Origin: Candidatus Omnitrophota bacterium
GTDB lineage: Bacteria > Omnitrophota > Gorgyraeia > JAHJTE01
NCBI GenBank assembly: GCA_018830005.1
Contig: JAHJTE010000001.1
Span: forward strand, 385,332 to 449,331
Direction: 5' to 3'
DNA length: 64,000 nt
Of this stretch, positions 37,819 through 48,312 are shown piece by piece (position 1 is the first letter of the stretch; every line of letters starts with the position of its first letter). Made by a program: the position numbers and the translations under genes. A model generated the notes under the pieces. It was not told the DNA's origin. It searched no databases and saw only the letters and a program-made list of their open reading frames with translations.

Positions 37819-39657
37819 ATGGGAGCAAACATAAAAGATTTACCTAATGAGCGATTATTTATCAGCTCAGAGGTATTAAAGGCAGTTAATATAACCTATC
37901 GGCAGCTTTCTTATTGGGAGCTTAAAGGTATAATTAAGCCCACCTACCAAAAATTAGGTACTCGAGACTTTAAGCGCTATACCCAACAAGATATAGATAC
38001 TCTTGGGAGAGTTAAGGGTCTTTTAGACGAAGGTTATGCCCTTCCTGCAACTGATACTTTAAAGGAAATCGCCAGGAGAAAAGAAGCGGAGGAGAGCATC
38101 AAACACAAATTAGAATTTGAAAAAACTATTTCATCTATTTCTTCCCGATTTATCAGTGTTTCTAATATTGACGAGGTCATTAATGCTTCACTTGCTGATA
38201 TTGGTAGATTAAGCGGAGCCAACCGCAGTTATCTTTTTCTTTTTAAAGAAGACGGACTGACAACGATGGACAACACCCATGAGTGGTGTGCTGAGGGTGT
38301 GAGTCCTCAGATAGATAACCTCCAAAATCTTCCTTCAGATATGGTTCTATGGTGGATGAAGAAACTTCGTAATGGAGAAGTTATCCATATAAAAGATGTT
38401 TCAAAATTGCCTTCCGAGGCAAAAGCTGAAAAGGAAATACTGGAAGGACAGGATATCAAATCGCTTCTGGTATTACCATTAAGTATCGCAGGAAAGCTTG
38501 CTGGGTTTATAGGTTTTGACAACGTTGTGAGAACTGGAGAATGGAATAATGAGGATTTGGCTCTACTGCGTATTTCTTCGGAGATTATTGGAAATGCCCT
38601 TGAGCGCAAGAAGGCAGAGGAAAAAATTAGATTGTTCTCTGACGCCGTTGTAGGAGCTATTGATGCAATAGCAATAACTGATATGAAAGGCATTATCTCT
38701 TACGTTAATCCCGCCAAGGAAGAGACGTATGGATACAAGAGAGGAGAGCTTATAGGAAAGCATGTTTCTATTTTTAATCCAAAGCCAGAGATGTTTAAAG
38801 AAACACTGTTAAATTTGATGAAAACAGGTAACTGGCATGGAGAAGTTTTACAACAAAAGAAAAACAAAGAGATATTCCCAGCTCTGTTATCACTTTCAAT
38901 AATACGGGATGAAAAAGGAAAGGAAATAGGAATGATGGGTGTTGTCAGAGATATCACCGAACGCAAGAAGGTGGAGAAGAAGCAAGTACTAAGGTTTGAA
39001 ATTTTAAAAATCTTCCATCAACACGGCTCACTAAAAAACATGCATGAAAGAGCAATCTCTTTAATAAAAGAATATTTGGATTGCGAAGTAGTTGCCCTAA
39101 GACTAAAAAAGGATGAGGATTATCCTTATTTTATTAATAATGGTTTCCCTGAGGAATTTATAAAGTCGGAAAATTATCTTTGTATTTATGATGAAAAGGG
39201 AAATTGCTTAAGGGATTCCAGAGGTAAACTTGTTTTAGCCTGTATGTGCGGGATTGTCATTAATGCTAAGTTCAATCAAGATAAACCATTCTTTACTAAG
39301 AACGGCAGTTTCTGGACTAATAGCACAAGCGATCTTTTAGCATCTACAAATGAAAAGGAAAGAGGGGCCACTACCCGCAATGTATGTAATCAATATGGCT
39401 ATGAATCTGTTGCATTAATACCAATTAAATCAAGTGGCGATAATTTAGGGCTATTACACATCACCGATAAAAGACGAAATCTTTTCTCGGCTGACAATAT
39501 AAACTTTCTTGAGGAATTAGGACATATAATTGGCATGATGGTAGAATGCAAATGGACAGAGGAGACACTGCTAAAGTCAGAAGATAGGTATCGCAAGCTT
39601 CTTAAAAACTCTGATAAGGAACTGGTTAAATTTATTCAGAGTAAGGAAGTATCTTAG
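37819..39657 (+). CDS. MerR-HTH + GAF + PAS + GAF sensor protein
   Basis: YRQLSYWE..G, NTHEWCAEG GAF, PAS ending RDITERK, second GAF; no kinase domain. Confidence 0.75.
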   Translation: MGANIKDLPNERLFISSEVLKAVNITYRQLSYWELKGIIKPTYQKLGTRDFKRYTQQDIDTLGRVKGLLDEGYALPATDTLKEIARRKEAEESIKHKLEFEKTISSISSRFISVSNIDEVINASLADIGRLSGANRSYLFLFKEDGLTTMDNTHEWCAEGVSPQIDNLQNLPSDMVLWWMKKLRNGEVIHIKDVSKLPSEAKAEKEILEGQDIKSLLVLPLSIAGKLAGFIGFDNVVRTGEWNNEDLALLRISSEIIGNALERKKAEEKIRLFSDAVVGAIDAIAITDMKGIISYVNPAKEETYGYKRGELIGKHVSIFNPKPEMFKETLLNLMKTGNWHGEVLQQKKNKEIFPALLSLSIIRDEKGKEIGMMGVVRDITERKKVEKKQVLRFEILKIFHQHGSLKNMHERAISLIKEYLDCEVVALRLKKDEDYPYFINNGFPEEFIKSENYLCIYDEKGNCLRDSRGKLVLACMCGIVINAKFNQDKPFFTKNGSFWTNSTSDLLASTNEKERGATTRNVCNQYGYESVALIPIKSSGDNLGLLHITDKRRNLFSADNINFLEELGHIIGMMVECKWTEETLLKSEDRYRKLLKNSDKELVKFIQSKEVS

Positions 39658-39761
39658 TTGTAATTAGAAAAGACGTCATCGAGCGCAAAAACGCAGAGAA
39701 AACTGAGAAAAACGCTTTAAGGCAACATCGAATAAGGATTAAAATATAGAAAGGGTCGGTT

Positions 39762-40122
39762 GTGAGTAGCTCTATCACAGAAAAAATTAAAGAACACAGA
39801 AGATTCCCACGCATAAAAGATAATATTTTTGTCTCTTTTTCAGTTTAAGGGTAATGACAAAACATTTGAGGCAATTACTCAAGATATAAGCCAAAGTGGG
39901 CTAATGTTTAGGAGCTTTAATTTTATACCAAATGGCAGAAAATTAAGACTTGAAATATATCAGCCTCTAAATTATAATAAAGATACCTCTTTTGCTATCC
40001 CGGCAGAGGCTCAAGCAGACTGGATCAAGCAGGCCCGAGAGAATAATGAGAATTTTATTGGCGTAAAAATTACAAAGATGAATGAAAAGCATCAAGACAG
40101 TCTTGCTTTTCTATATAAATGA
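39762..40122 (+). pseudogene. Frameshifted PilZ-domain gene
   Basis: GTG 39762 frame gives EHRRFPR then stops; DISQSG half continues in another frame across a T-rich stretch near 39826-39840. Confidence 0.65.
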
Positions 40123-40229
40123 TAGCTTAAAAAAGCAAGGCTAATTTTTTTGCTATGTTTTTTAAGTATTACTTAAAATAAATTAAGTATTACTTTATTT
40201 TTTAAGATATGTAAATAACAGAAGACTGT

Positions 40230-40586
40230 TTGATGTCAAATTCTAAAATAATTAAGAAATCCGGCTTTGATAAAAATAGTGGTTTTATATTTTATAGACT
40301 ACAAAACAGCAATAATGAAGAATTAAAAGAGTCAATTATCAATAATATAAGTGTTAATGGATTAAGCTTTAAAACTCCTGAGCCGATAACGCCGGGGGTT
40401 ATTTTAGAGTGCGAAATATACAAGCCAAGAGGTGATAAAAAAGATATAATTGTCTCTATTTGTGCCCAAGCTAAGGTGGTTAACGTAAAGAAGATTGGCT
40501 ATAGTGATGAATTTGCCAACAATAGATACAGAGTGGAATTGAAATTTTTAAAAAAGATACACAGTTTTAGCCCAGGTATAAATTAA
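40230..40586 (+). CDS. PilZ-like protein
   Basis: NISVNGLSF, AKVV, VELKF; RxxxR absent. Confidence 0.6.
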   Translation: MMSNSKIIKKSGFDKNSGFIFYRLQNSNNEELKESIINNISVNGLSFKTPEPITPGVILECEIYKPRGDKKDIIVSICAQAKVVNVKKIGYSDEFANNRYRVELKFLKKIHSFSPGIN

Positions 40587-40638
40587 CGATATCTGGGCAT
40601 TTTTATTTTTAGCACGTTAACAGGATAATAAAGGATTT

Positions 40639-41454
40639 GTGGTGAAGAAAAGGGGTAGAAGAAAAATAGAAGAAGGTAATCATAGAACGAGTTTTCTTAA
40701 ATCAGTTGAAAGGACGCTTGATGTCTTGGAATTTTTAAGTAAAAGCCGCTCAATTGGAATCACAGAGTTAGCTGATATTATAAAAATTGGAAGGAGTACT
40801 GCCCACCGCATTTTGTCTACCTTAGAAAAAAAAGGCTTTGCTGTCCAGGATCCTGAGACCGGAAAATATGCACTTGGGCATATGGTTTTTCAGCTAGCGA
40901 AGTCAGTTATTCATATGATAGAACCGGTAAAATATGTTAGGCCTTACTTAAGAGAACTTTGTGAAAAAATAGGAGAAAATATTGCCTTTGGCGTTATTAC
41001 CCCGGCAAAAGATAGAACCTTGATTTTAGCAGAAGAGATAGCTGACAAAGCTGTGATAGCAAGGCCAATTCTTTTTCAACGTTTCCCAATATATGTTTGT
41101 CCTTGCGGCAAGGCATATCTTCTTACATTAAACGATAAGCAGCTAAAAACTGCATTGTCCAAAAATGGCTTAATAAGATTTACTGAATATACACTTACTT
41201 CTTTACTTGGTTTGAAGAAGCATCTTGAGCGATTTCGCAAGAAAGGATATACCGTAAGTCAGAATGAATTTTCAATTGGGCTTTCTGCAATGGCTTCAGG
41301 TTTATGTGATGCAGAGAATAAATTTGCAGGAGGAATCATGATTGTAGGCCCAGCATTTAGATTTACCAATAGAAACATTAAACAATGGGGAGAGCTTTTA
41401 TTGCAGACAACTGCAAAGTTAAGTTTAGAATTTAAGGCAAAGGGCATCGTGTAA
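40639..41454 (+). CDS. IclR family regulator
   Basis: SVERTLDVLEFL, STAHRIL.TL, GKAYL, GPAFR. Confidence 0.9.
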   Translation: MVKKRGRRKIEEGNHRTSFLKSVERTLDVLEFLSKSRSIGITELADIIKIGRSTAHRILSTLEKKGFAVQDPETGKYALGHMVFQLAKSVIHMIEPVKYVRPYLRELCEKIGENIAFGVITPAKDRTLILAEEIADKAVIARPILFQRFPIYVCPCGKAYLLTLNDKQLKTALSKNGLIRFTEYTLTSLLGLKKHLERFRKKGYTVSQNEFSIGLSAMASGLCDAENKFAGGIMIVGPAFRFTNRNIKQWGELLLQTTAKLSLEFKAKGIV

Positions 41455-41513
41455 TTTTTTTAAATTGTAATGTGGAAAATCATTCCGCATATAAGAATTA
41501 TCAAGGTTAGAAA

Positions 41514-41726
41514 GTGAAAAGTGAAGCAGAATTAACATTACTGGTATTAGAGTGTTATTTAAAATATGGGCCATCTTTATCGATTAAGGACCTATATATA
41601 AGAACTAAGGTTTCAGAGAATAAAATAAAATACATTTTATCGGCTTTAGAAAAAAGAGGATATTTAACAAAAGCTAAAAATACCAAGGAATATATATTAA
41701 GTAAAAAAATCGCAATGTTGATATAA
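41514..41726 (+). CDS. Small winged-HTH (IclR-like N-terminal domain)
   Basis: ILSALEKRGYL...YILS. Confidence 0.6.
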   Translation: MKSEAELTLLVLECYLKYGPSLSIKDLYIRTKVSENKIKYILSALEKRGYLTKAKNTKEYILSKKIAMLI

Positions 41727-41756
41727 CTTTCTGCAATAAAGAGGGTTAAATAGGTA

Positions 41757-42998
41757 ATGGAAGAAGTTAAATTGTTGAATAATAATATTGAATCTGACAA
41801 GAGTAATATTACTGAGAATAGAGAGGCAAAAGAAAATCTTAAACAACACCAATTTATGGCAGAATCTAAGCATGGGGCCATCTTTTTTAAAAACACCGAA
41901 AGCCAATATATCCTTATTAACAATAAATTCTTAGAGATTTTGGGACTGTTTCAAGAGCAAGTTATTGGAAAAGATGATTATGAAATCCTACCAGATAAAA
42001 AAGAGGCTAAGAAAAACATTAAAGGCGACCAATTTGTTTTTAAGACAGGCAAACCAAGAGAAGTTACTAAACGCGTCATTGACACAAAGCGAAAAGAATG
42101 CTGGTTTCACACTATAAAACTTCCACAGTTTGATGAGCAAGGAAATATTGTTGGTCTAGTTGGCATTATCCGTGACATCACTGAGCGCAAAAAGACAGAG
42201 CAGGCACACGCAAAAATTGTAGAGGCGGAGAAGAAAAGGGCGGAAGAGTTAAGGAATGCTTATTCAGAACTACAAGAAAGTAGAGATGAGTTGGTTCGTT
42301 CTGACAAACTCGCCTATACTGGCCGGATAGCTGCCAGTATTGCTCACGAGATAAGAAACCCTTTGACTAATGTGACTATGTCTGCTCAACAAATAAAGCG
42401 AGTTATTAAGCCAAAACACCTTAGAAATAAACATATTGAGATTATTGAAAGAAATGTAGAAAGGATTAATTACTTAATTACGGAACTCTTAAATTGTGCT
42501 CGACCACCAAAACTTAATATACAGCCTTGCAATATACATAAACTGTTAAAAAGAGTCTTAAGTACGCTAATGCCTAAGATTAGTTCACAAAAGATAAAAA
42601 TAGTCAAAAAATTTACCTTTAGGCCAACCAAAATAAAAGTAGACAAGGAACAAATCGAACGTGTCTTCTCAAACCTAATCTTGAATGCTATTGAAGCTAT
42701 GCCTAAGGGAGGTAAATCGACTATTATTACAGAATTTAATGAAGACCTTTTTGTAGTAAAGATTCAAGATACAGGTCGAGGCATTCCTGAAAAGGATATT
42801 ATCAAGATATTTGACCCTTTCTTTAGTTCCAAGTCTACTGGAGTTGGCTTAGGATTAACTTTATGCTATGGGATTATTGTTAGTCACGGTGGCAGTATAG
42901 AGGTAAATAGTAAGCCACGTCAGGGAACTATCTTCACAGTCTCTTTGCCAGTTAAGGAGAACTCGACACACACACAGAGAGAATATACCCGTACTTAA
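41757..42998 (+). CDS. PAS sensor histidine kinase
   Basis: RDITERK, AHEIRNPL, NLILNAIEA, DTGRGI, FDPFF, GVGLGL. Confidence 0.93.
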   Translation: MEEVKLLNNNIESDKSNITENREAKENLKQHQFMAESKHGAIFFKNTESQYILINNKFLEILGLFQEQVIGKDDYEILPDKKEAKKNIKGDQFVFKTGKPREVTKRVIDTKRKECWFHTIKLPQFDEQGNIVGLVGIIRDITERKKTEQAHAKIVEAEKKRAEELRNAYSELQESRDELVRSDKLAYTGRIAASIAHEIRNPLTNVTMSAQQIKRVIKPKHLRNKHIEIIERNVERINYLITELLNCARPPKLNIQPCNIHKLLKRVLSTLMPKISSQKIKIVKKFTFRPTKIKVDKEQIERVFSNLILNAIEAMPKGGKSTIITEFNEDLFVVKIQDTGRGIPEKDIIKIFDPFFSSKSTGVGLGLTLCYGIIVSHGGSIEVNSKPRQGTIFTVSLPVKENSTHTQREYTRT

Positions 42999-43024
42999 CA
43001 TGAAAAAATAGAAAAGGGAAGCTT

Positions 43025-43651
43025 GTGGCTGAGATAAAATATGATATTAGAAAAGGAATAGATATATACAGAGCAATTTATACTTCTCGCTTACAGAGCT
43101 GGATTTCTGAAGGTAAGATAAAGCAAGGAGAGGTTCTGGTTTGGCGAAGTGGACTTTCAGGTTGGCGCAGGCCCGAGGAACTCGATGAGCTTATACCATT
43201 TTTTGAAAAATGGGAAAAACGCCAGTTAAAAAAACTAAAAAGAAAAAAGCAGACAACCCAACCCTCAGCTTATAATGGGCAGATAAAGAATATTTTGATA
43301 GTAGATGATGAACAGGATATGTGCTCTCTTTTACAAGATGCCTTAAGCCAGAGAGATTTTAATGTAGCGGTTGCCAATACAAAAAAAGAGGCAATAAATT
43401 CTATTAGAAAAAAAGCGCCGGACTTGGTTCTTTTAGATTTAAAATTGCCTGATGCCAATGGAATAAAACTTTTATCCCGAATTAAAAAAATCCATCCCAA
43501 GACAGCAGTAGATATAATCTCTGCCTATGGGTCTGAAGAAAGTAAAGAAGAGGCAAAAGAAAGAGGAGCCCATAGTTTTATTGATAAGCCATTTACTGAG
43601 AGAGAGGTATTAAGGAGTATAAGACAATTAAATGGGGGAAGAAAGCATTAG
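43025..43651 (+). CDS. GYF_2-like + receiver domain protein
   Basis: LVWRSGLSGW; ILIVDDE, LLDLKLP, KPF. Confidence 0.8.
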   Translation: MAEIKYDIRKGIDIYRAIYTSRLQSWISEGKIKQGEVLVWRSGLSGWRRPEELDELIPFFEKWEKRQLKKLKRKKQTTQPSAYNGQIKNILIVDDEQDMCSLLQDALSQRDFNVAVANTKKEAINSIRKKAPDLVLLDLKLPDANGIKLLSRIKKIHPKTAVDIISAYGSEESKEEAKERGAHSFIDKPFTEREVLRSIRQLNGGRKH

Positions 43652-45062
43652 CATGGAAACCATTCTAGTTATAGATGATAATAAGGACTTATGTTTTAAC
43701 CTTTCAACTATTTTAAAGGATGAAGGTTACAATGTATTTGCTGCAGAAGATGGGAAAGGAGCTCTTAAAGCAATTGAGAGAAATTCCCCTAATTTAGTTT
43801 TACTGGATATCAGACTTCCTGAAATGGGCGGGATGGAGATTTTAGAGAAGGCCAAAAAAATTGATAAGGATTTAATCATAATTATGCTTACTGCCTATGC
43901 AGATGTAAAAGATGCAGTAAGAGCAATGAAGTTAGGGGCGTACGATTATATTACTAAACCTTTTGATAACGAAGAACTAATTCTAATAATTAAAAGAGCT
44001 TTGCAAACCCAACATTTGAGCAAGGAAGTAGAGAGTTTAAGAAAAAGACTCGGTGAGAAGACAGATATAAAAGAAGTAATGGGAGAAAGTCCCCAGATAA
44101 AACAGGTTTTAAAACAGGTTGAGATTATTGCCCCTACAAATATGACGGTTATCTTGCAGGGTGAGAGTGGTACAGGTAAGGAACTCATTGCTAATATGAT
44201 TCATCGAAATAGCTTACGAAAAGATAAGATCTTTATTGCCATAGACTGTGGTGCAATTCCAGAGACATTGGTTGAGAGTGAATTATTCGGTTATGAAAAA
44301 GGGGCTTTTACTGGAGCAGATGATAGGAAGGAAGGTAAATTTGAGCAGGTAAATGGAGGGACCTTATTTTTGGATGAGATTACTAATTTACCTAACTCTT
44401 CCCAGGCAAAACTCCTGCGTGTAATTCAAGAAAGAAAATTGCAGCGCTTAGGAGGGAAAAAGGATATAAAAGTAGATGTAAGAATTATTGTTGCCACAAA
44501 CATTAATCTTTCTGAAGCTGTAAGGACAGGCGAATTAAGAGATGACCTTTTTCACAGAATAAATGAATTTCAAATCAGCCTTCCTTTGCTTTGCGAAAGA
44601 AAAGATGATATTCCTGTATTGGCTAAGTTTTTCCTGAATGAGGCTAATTGCGACCTCAATAAAAAAATAGAAGGAATATCTAGCGAAGCCATGAGGTTTC
44701 TTTTCGATTACCATTGGCCAGGAAATGTAAGAGAGTTAAAGAATACCGTTAGAAAAGCTGTGCTTTTATGCGATGATACTAATATCGGTCCTGCACATAT
44801 TTCCCTAAATGATGTCAGCATACCTAAAAATGAAGGTTTAAGCGTATTTAATCTTAAGCGAGATCTAGAGGAAGGCTCATCACTTCGTAAGATAACTAAA
44901 AATGCGACAAAACGGATAGAGCAGGAAGCAATTAAGCAAGCATTGGTTGAAGCCGGTGGCAATAAAACCAAGGCTGCCAAAATTCTTAAGATAGATCGTA
45001 TGAGCCTCTATTCGAAGATAAGAGAGTTCCAACTGGATGGAGAAGTGGTGAGTAAAAAATAA
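43632..45062 (+). CDS. Sigma-54-dependent response regulator (NtrC family)
   Basis: Receiver, GESGTGKE, GAFTGA, WPGNVREL, Fis-type HTH. Confidence 0.95.
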   Translation: MGEESISMETILVIDDNKDLCFNLSTILKDEGYNVFAAEDGKGALKAIERNSPNLVLLDIRLPEMGGMEILEKAKKIDKDLIIIMLTAYADVKDAVRAMKLGAYDYITKPFDNEELILIIKRALQTQHLSKEVESLRKRLGEKTDIKEVMGESPQIKQVLKQVEIIAPTNMTVILQGESGTGKELIANMIHRNSLRKDKIFIAIDCGAIPETLVESELFGYEKGAFTGADDRKEGKFEQVNGGTLFLDEITNLPNSSQAKLLRVIQERKLQRLGGKKDIKVDVRIIVATNINLSEAVRTGELRDDLFHRINEFQISLPLLCERKDDIPVLAKFFLNEANCDLNKKIEGISSEAMRFLFDYHWPGNVRELKNTVRKAVLLCDDTNIGPAHISLNDVSIPKNEGLSVFNLKRDLEEGSSLRKITKNATKRIEQEAIKQALVEAGGNKTKAAKILKIDRMSLYSKIREFQLDGEVVSKK

Positions 45063-45218
45063 CTCCCCGTTATCTTAATAGCCTGCGTTTTGTTAATAAT
45101 CCGTGAACCCCGTTAGAAAGTTTGGAAGGAACTTCGAGCTTATCCTAAACTCATCTACTTTTCTCCCCCTCTACCTTTCGGAGGGAACTTTCTTTGTAAC
45201 GGGGTGAATATCTATGGA

Positions 45219-45260
45219 TTGTAGAGTAAATTCTACAATATTGTATAGCCAACCTTACAA
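45219..45260. promoter_or_regulatory. Tandem enhancer (UAS)-like palindromes
   Basis: TTGTAGA-gtaaat-TCTACAA (45219-45238) and TTGTA...TACAA (45241-45260), 120-160 bp upstream of the sigma-54 site. Confidence 0.65.
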
Positions 45261-45379
45261 TCTTTAAATTTTGCATATATATAGCTTTTTCCTACCAAAA
45301 ACTCCTTAAAGTTATTTCCCTAACCTATTGTAGTTAAATAAGAAAAAAATTTTTAGAATTTTTTTATTCAGGTCATATA

Positions 45380-45395
45380 TGGCACAGTTGTTGCT
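45380..45395 (+). promoter_or_regulatory. sigma-54 -24/-12 promoter of the gas vesicle operon
   Basis: TGGCAC-agttg-TTGCT consensus match. Confidence 0.85.
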
Positions 45396-45435
45396 TATTT
45401 ATATTAGGTAGAGATAAAATAAAAAAGGCAAAACT

Positions 45436-45831
45436 ATGAACCGAAGGGAAAATCAATTTAAAACTCGCTTATCTAAATCAAAAAAGATACTCCTTGTTGA
45501 TGATGAAAAGGATCTGTGCTCGATTATGAAAGAGATTATCAGAGATGCTGGCCACAGATTCCTCTGGGCTACTACAGTCATTGAGGGTCTGAAGAAATTC
45601 AAGAAATCAAGAGATCTGGATATGGTGATAGTTGACTTAAAATTAGGCCACGATAATGGCTTAACGTTTATAAGAAAGGCAATAGCAATTAACAACAAAG
45701 TAAAATTTGCAATGATATCTGCATATGGCAATCCTGAAGTAAAAGACAAAGCGAGGCAGTTAGGCGTAAGTCGTTTTTTAGATAAGCCATTGAGGTTAGA
45801 AGGATTATTAGAAATAATCAAGCAAAATTAG
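45436..45831 (+). CDS. Single-domain response regulator
   Basis: ILLVDDE, IVDLKL, ISAYG, DKP. Confidence 0.9.
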   Translation: MNRRENQFKTRLSKSKKILLVDDEKDLCSIMKEIIRDAGHRFLWATTVIEGLKKFKKSRDLDMVIVDLKLGHDNGLTFIRKAIAINNKVKFAMISAYGNPEVKDKARQLGVSRFLDKPLRLEGLLEIIKQN

Positions 45832-45855
45832 GGTGTAAGAAAAGGAAACTGGATA

Positions 45856-45987
45856 ATGTTTGAGACCCAAAATTATATACTTAAGGATATTATCTTTGCA
45901 GGTGTAGTTCTGTCTTTGGCTTTGGGCTTTGGTTTAGGTTTAAAGGGTAAGGCCGAAGATTTCTTAGGTAAGATTTTCAAGAAATAA
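45856..45987 (+). CDS. Small single-TM protein (43 aa, absent from ORF track)
   Basis: MFETQNYILKDIIFAGVVLSLALGFGLGLKGKAEDFLGKIFKK; RBS AAGGA. Confidence 0.55.
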   Translation: MFETQNYILKDIIFAGVVLSLALGFGLGLKGKAEDFLGKIFKK

Positions 45988-46014
45988 ATCTAAAAACGGA
46001 GGAGGTGAATTAAC

Positions 46015-46221
46015 ATGGCAGTAGAAAAAGCGATTGGTTCTTCCAGCTTGGTCGAAGTAGTTGACCGTATCCTGGACAAGGGCGTGGTAGTTGACGCTTG
46101 GGTAAGAGTCTCTTTAGTTGGTATAGAGATTCTCGCGATTGAAGCTAGAGTAGTAGTGGCATCAGTCGAGACTTACCTGAAGTATGCTGAGGCAATTGGT
46201 CTAACCGCAACAGCAGCCTAA
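46015..46221 (+). CDS. gvpA: Gas vesicle structural protein
   Basis: [51 protein letters not shown]. Confidence 0.98.
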   Translation: MAVEKAIGSSSLVEVVDRILDKGVVVDAWVRVSLVGIEILAIEARVVVASVETYLKYAEAIGLTATAA

Positions 46222-46330
46222 AGGATAAGATCAAGAGGGGTTCTTGCCGGGTCATCCTTGAGTCCAATGAGGACAAAAAGCATGGTTCGCCAAGGAATTC
46301 CTTCCTTCTAAAAGAGGAGTAATTTTAAAA

Positions 46331-47110
46331 ATGCCAGAAATCTTAGATTTAAAGAATGCCGCGGAAAATGCCATTTTTTCATATGAGACGAGGATCGAAA
46401 GCGTAAGGGCCATTTTTGATACTACACATCAGATCCTTGACGACTTCCAGGAGACTTTTCTTGACAATAAAGAAGAGGGGCGAAAAATCAATACCGAGCT
46501 GCGTGATATCCTCGCTCACAACGAACATTTAAGAAAAAAAGACTTTGATAGTATGACGCAGGGTATCTTATCAGCCCAGGAAGAACGGGAAGCGGAAGTA
46601 AAAAACTTATTGAAAGGTTATCTTAATCAACAAAGGGAAATGGCGCGCATCCTAAGAGAAAATCTGGCTAAATTTAAAGATGCCCTTGCCAAAGGTGATG
46701 TCCAAAGGGTCAAAGAATTCCAGGAGATGACTAAAGAGGTTCTTGCTAATCAGGATGCCAGAAAAGAAGAGGTTTCCTCCAAGCTAAAAGAATTTCAGAA
46801 AGAACAGCAAGAGATGGCAGAAAGGCTTAAAGCGCTTTTAGCCAAAGGAAGGAGCTTGAGGATAAGGGACCTTAAGGAAATGCTTCAGGGATTCAGGGCC
46901 CAACATAAAGGACGCCTGGCGCATCAGATAGAAAGAAGACAAGAGGTAAATAAAATACTTGGGCGAAAAATAGATAAAACAACCGAGGCAATTCACCCCG
47001 TTAGAAAAAGTGTGGATGCCGATAAAAAGACGAAAATTTATAACGGGGTTAATATAGATATAAAAAGAGATAGTCACGTAGAGGAAAAAGCAGAAACACT
47101 CAATAAATAA
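46331..47110 (+). CDS. Helical repeat protein, GvpC-like
   Basis: Repeats such as EVKNLLKGY / EVSSKLKEF / DLKEMLQGF; directly after gvpA. Confidence 0.55.
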   Translation: MPEILDLKNAAENAIFSYETRIESVRAIFDTTHQILDDFQETFLDNKEEGRKINTELRDILAHNEHLRKKDFDSMTQGILSAQEEREAEVKNLLKGYLNQQREMARILRENLAKFKDALAKGDVQRVKEFQEMTKEVLANQDARKEEVSSKLKEFQKEQQEMAERLKALLAKGRSLRIRDLKEMLQGFRAQHKGRLAHQIERRQEVNKILGRKIDKTTEAIHPVRKSVDADKKTKIYNGVNIDIKRDSHVEEKAETLNK

Positions 47111-47129
47111 CAAAAAGGAGGGGGTAAAA

Positions 47130-47828
47130 ATGGGAATAGCGGATAGCATGAAGGGTATTACCGAAAACATCATCGGTTCCTATGATGTGCGAGTGAAGGG
47201 GTTGAAAGATCTGGTTAGCGATACCCATAAAACTATTAAGGGTTTTACCGCTGACAGGAAAGAGATGGGTGAGGAACAAGCCAAGAATTTGGCTGATTTT
47301 GTTAATGATTTAACAAAGAGTGTAGGAGGCATGCTCAAAGGGTTTCAGGCTAGCCACAAAGATATGAGTGAGGATCAAGCTAAGAACTTAGCAGCTTTTG
47401 TTAAGTCCATAGCGAAGGATGTAGCCGCGCAATTAAAAGGTTTCCATGTAGATCGAGAAAAAATGTCAGAGGAGCTTAAAGAGTCTCTTGTAAAAGCAGT
47501 AAAGGAAATTGAGAGCTATATTCAAAAGAGATTAAAGGAATTCGATTCGGCTCATACTGAGATGTCCGACGCCTTAAAAAAGAGCCTGGCAAAATATGTC
47601 GGTGATATAGCCAGCGATGTCAAGAAACTTTTAGGCGAGTATGGCTCGGATATGGCAAAGGCAAAAGCGGCATGGCAGGGAATGGCCGGCTCTTTAGCTA
47701 AATCCAGAAAAGGCGGAGTGATGTCCAGGATTGAAGCCGGAGAGAAAGTAACTACGGTTGAGGAGGCTGTTGAGAAGAAAGGTAAAAAGAAGGGCGGAAA
47801 GAAAAGAGGAAGAAAGAAGAACAAATAA
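47130..47828 (+). CDS. Helical repeat protein, GvpC-like
   Basis: ~29-aa repeats LKGF...HK.MSE.QAKNLA.FV; Lys-rich tail. Confidence 0.6.
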   Translation: MGIADSMKGITENIIGSYDVRVKGLKDLVSDTHKTIKGFTADRKEMGEEQAKNLADFVNDLTKSVGGMLKGFQASHKDMSEDQAKNLAAFVKSIAKDVAAQLKGFHVDREKMSEELKESLVKAVKEIESYIQKRLKEFDSAHTEMSDALKKSLAKYVGDIASDVKKLLGEYGSDMAKAKAAWQGMAGSLAKSRKGGVMSRIEAGEKVTTVEEAVEKKGKKKGGKKRGRKKNK

Positions 47829-47841
47829 ACCTACCCCCCTG

Positions 47842-47934
47842 ATAAGACCTTTCCTTTTCCCGCTCAACAAGCTTTTATTTAGCGGGATCCCGCTCTGCGG
47901 GAAAAGGATTAGGAAGGTCTATCCCGCTGGATAA
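47842..47934. repeat. Composite palindromic element, copy 1
   Basis: Near-identical to 50113-50206. Confidence 0.85.
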
Positions 47935-47985
47935 CGTGAATCGCAAAGGGTTAAGGAGGTGTGATATCGGAGGAGGGATGAGTTT

Positions 47986-48309
47986 ATGAGTGAGATAAAA
48001 TGCGCTTTTTGTAAGGGAAAAGGTAAAGATCCTTTCAACCTGCTATCTAAGCTGGCCGCCTGTCAGGTATGCGGCGGTACAGGGAAGGTTAAGGTTGATG
48101 AGCCGATGATTAAATGCGCCTTTTGTAAGGCTACCGGTATTCATCCCCATAGCCGAGTTACTTGCTCTGCCTGTAACGGAAAAGGCAGCGTTACATGCCG
48201 AGGGGCTAAAGAGGAATGCCCTAATTGTGAAGGCACCGGTTATAAGGTAGACGGAAACCTCCCCTGCAGCTTATGCGGTGGTAAGGGGGTTATCCATAAG
48301 GGAGGCTAG
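47986..48309 (+). CDS. Stand-alone DnaJ-type zinc finger protein
   Basis: Six CxxCxGxG-like motifs. Confidence 0.85.
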   Translation: MSEIKCAFCKGKGKDPFNLLSKLAACQVCGGTGKVKVDEPMIKCAFCKATGIHPHSRVTCSACNGKGSVTCRGAKEECPNCEGTGYKVDGNLPCSLCGGKGVIHKGG

Positions 48310-48312
48310 GGC

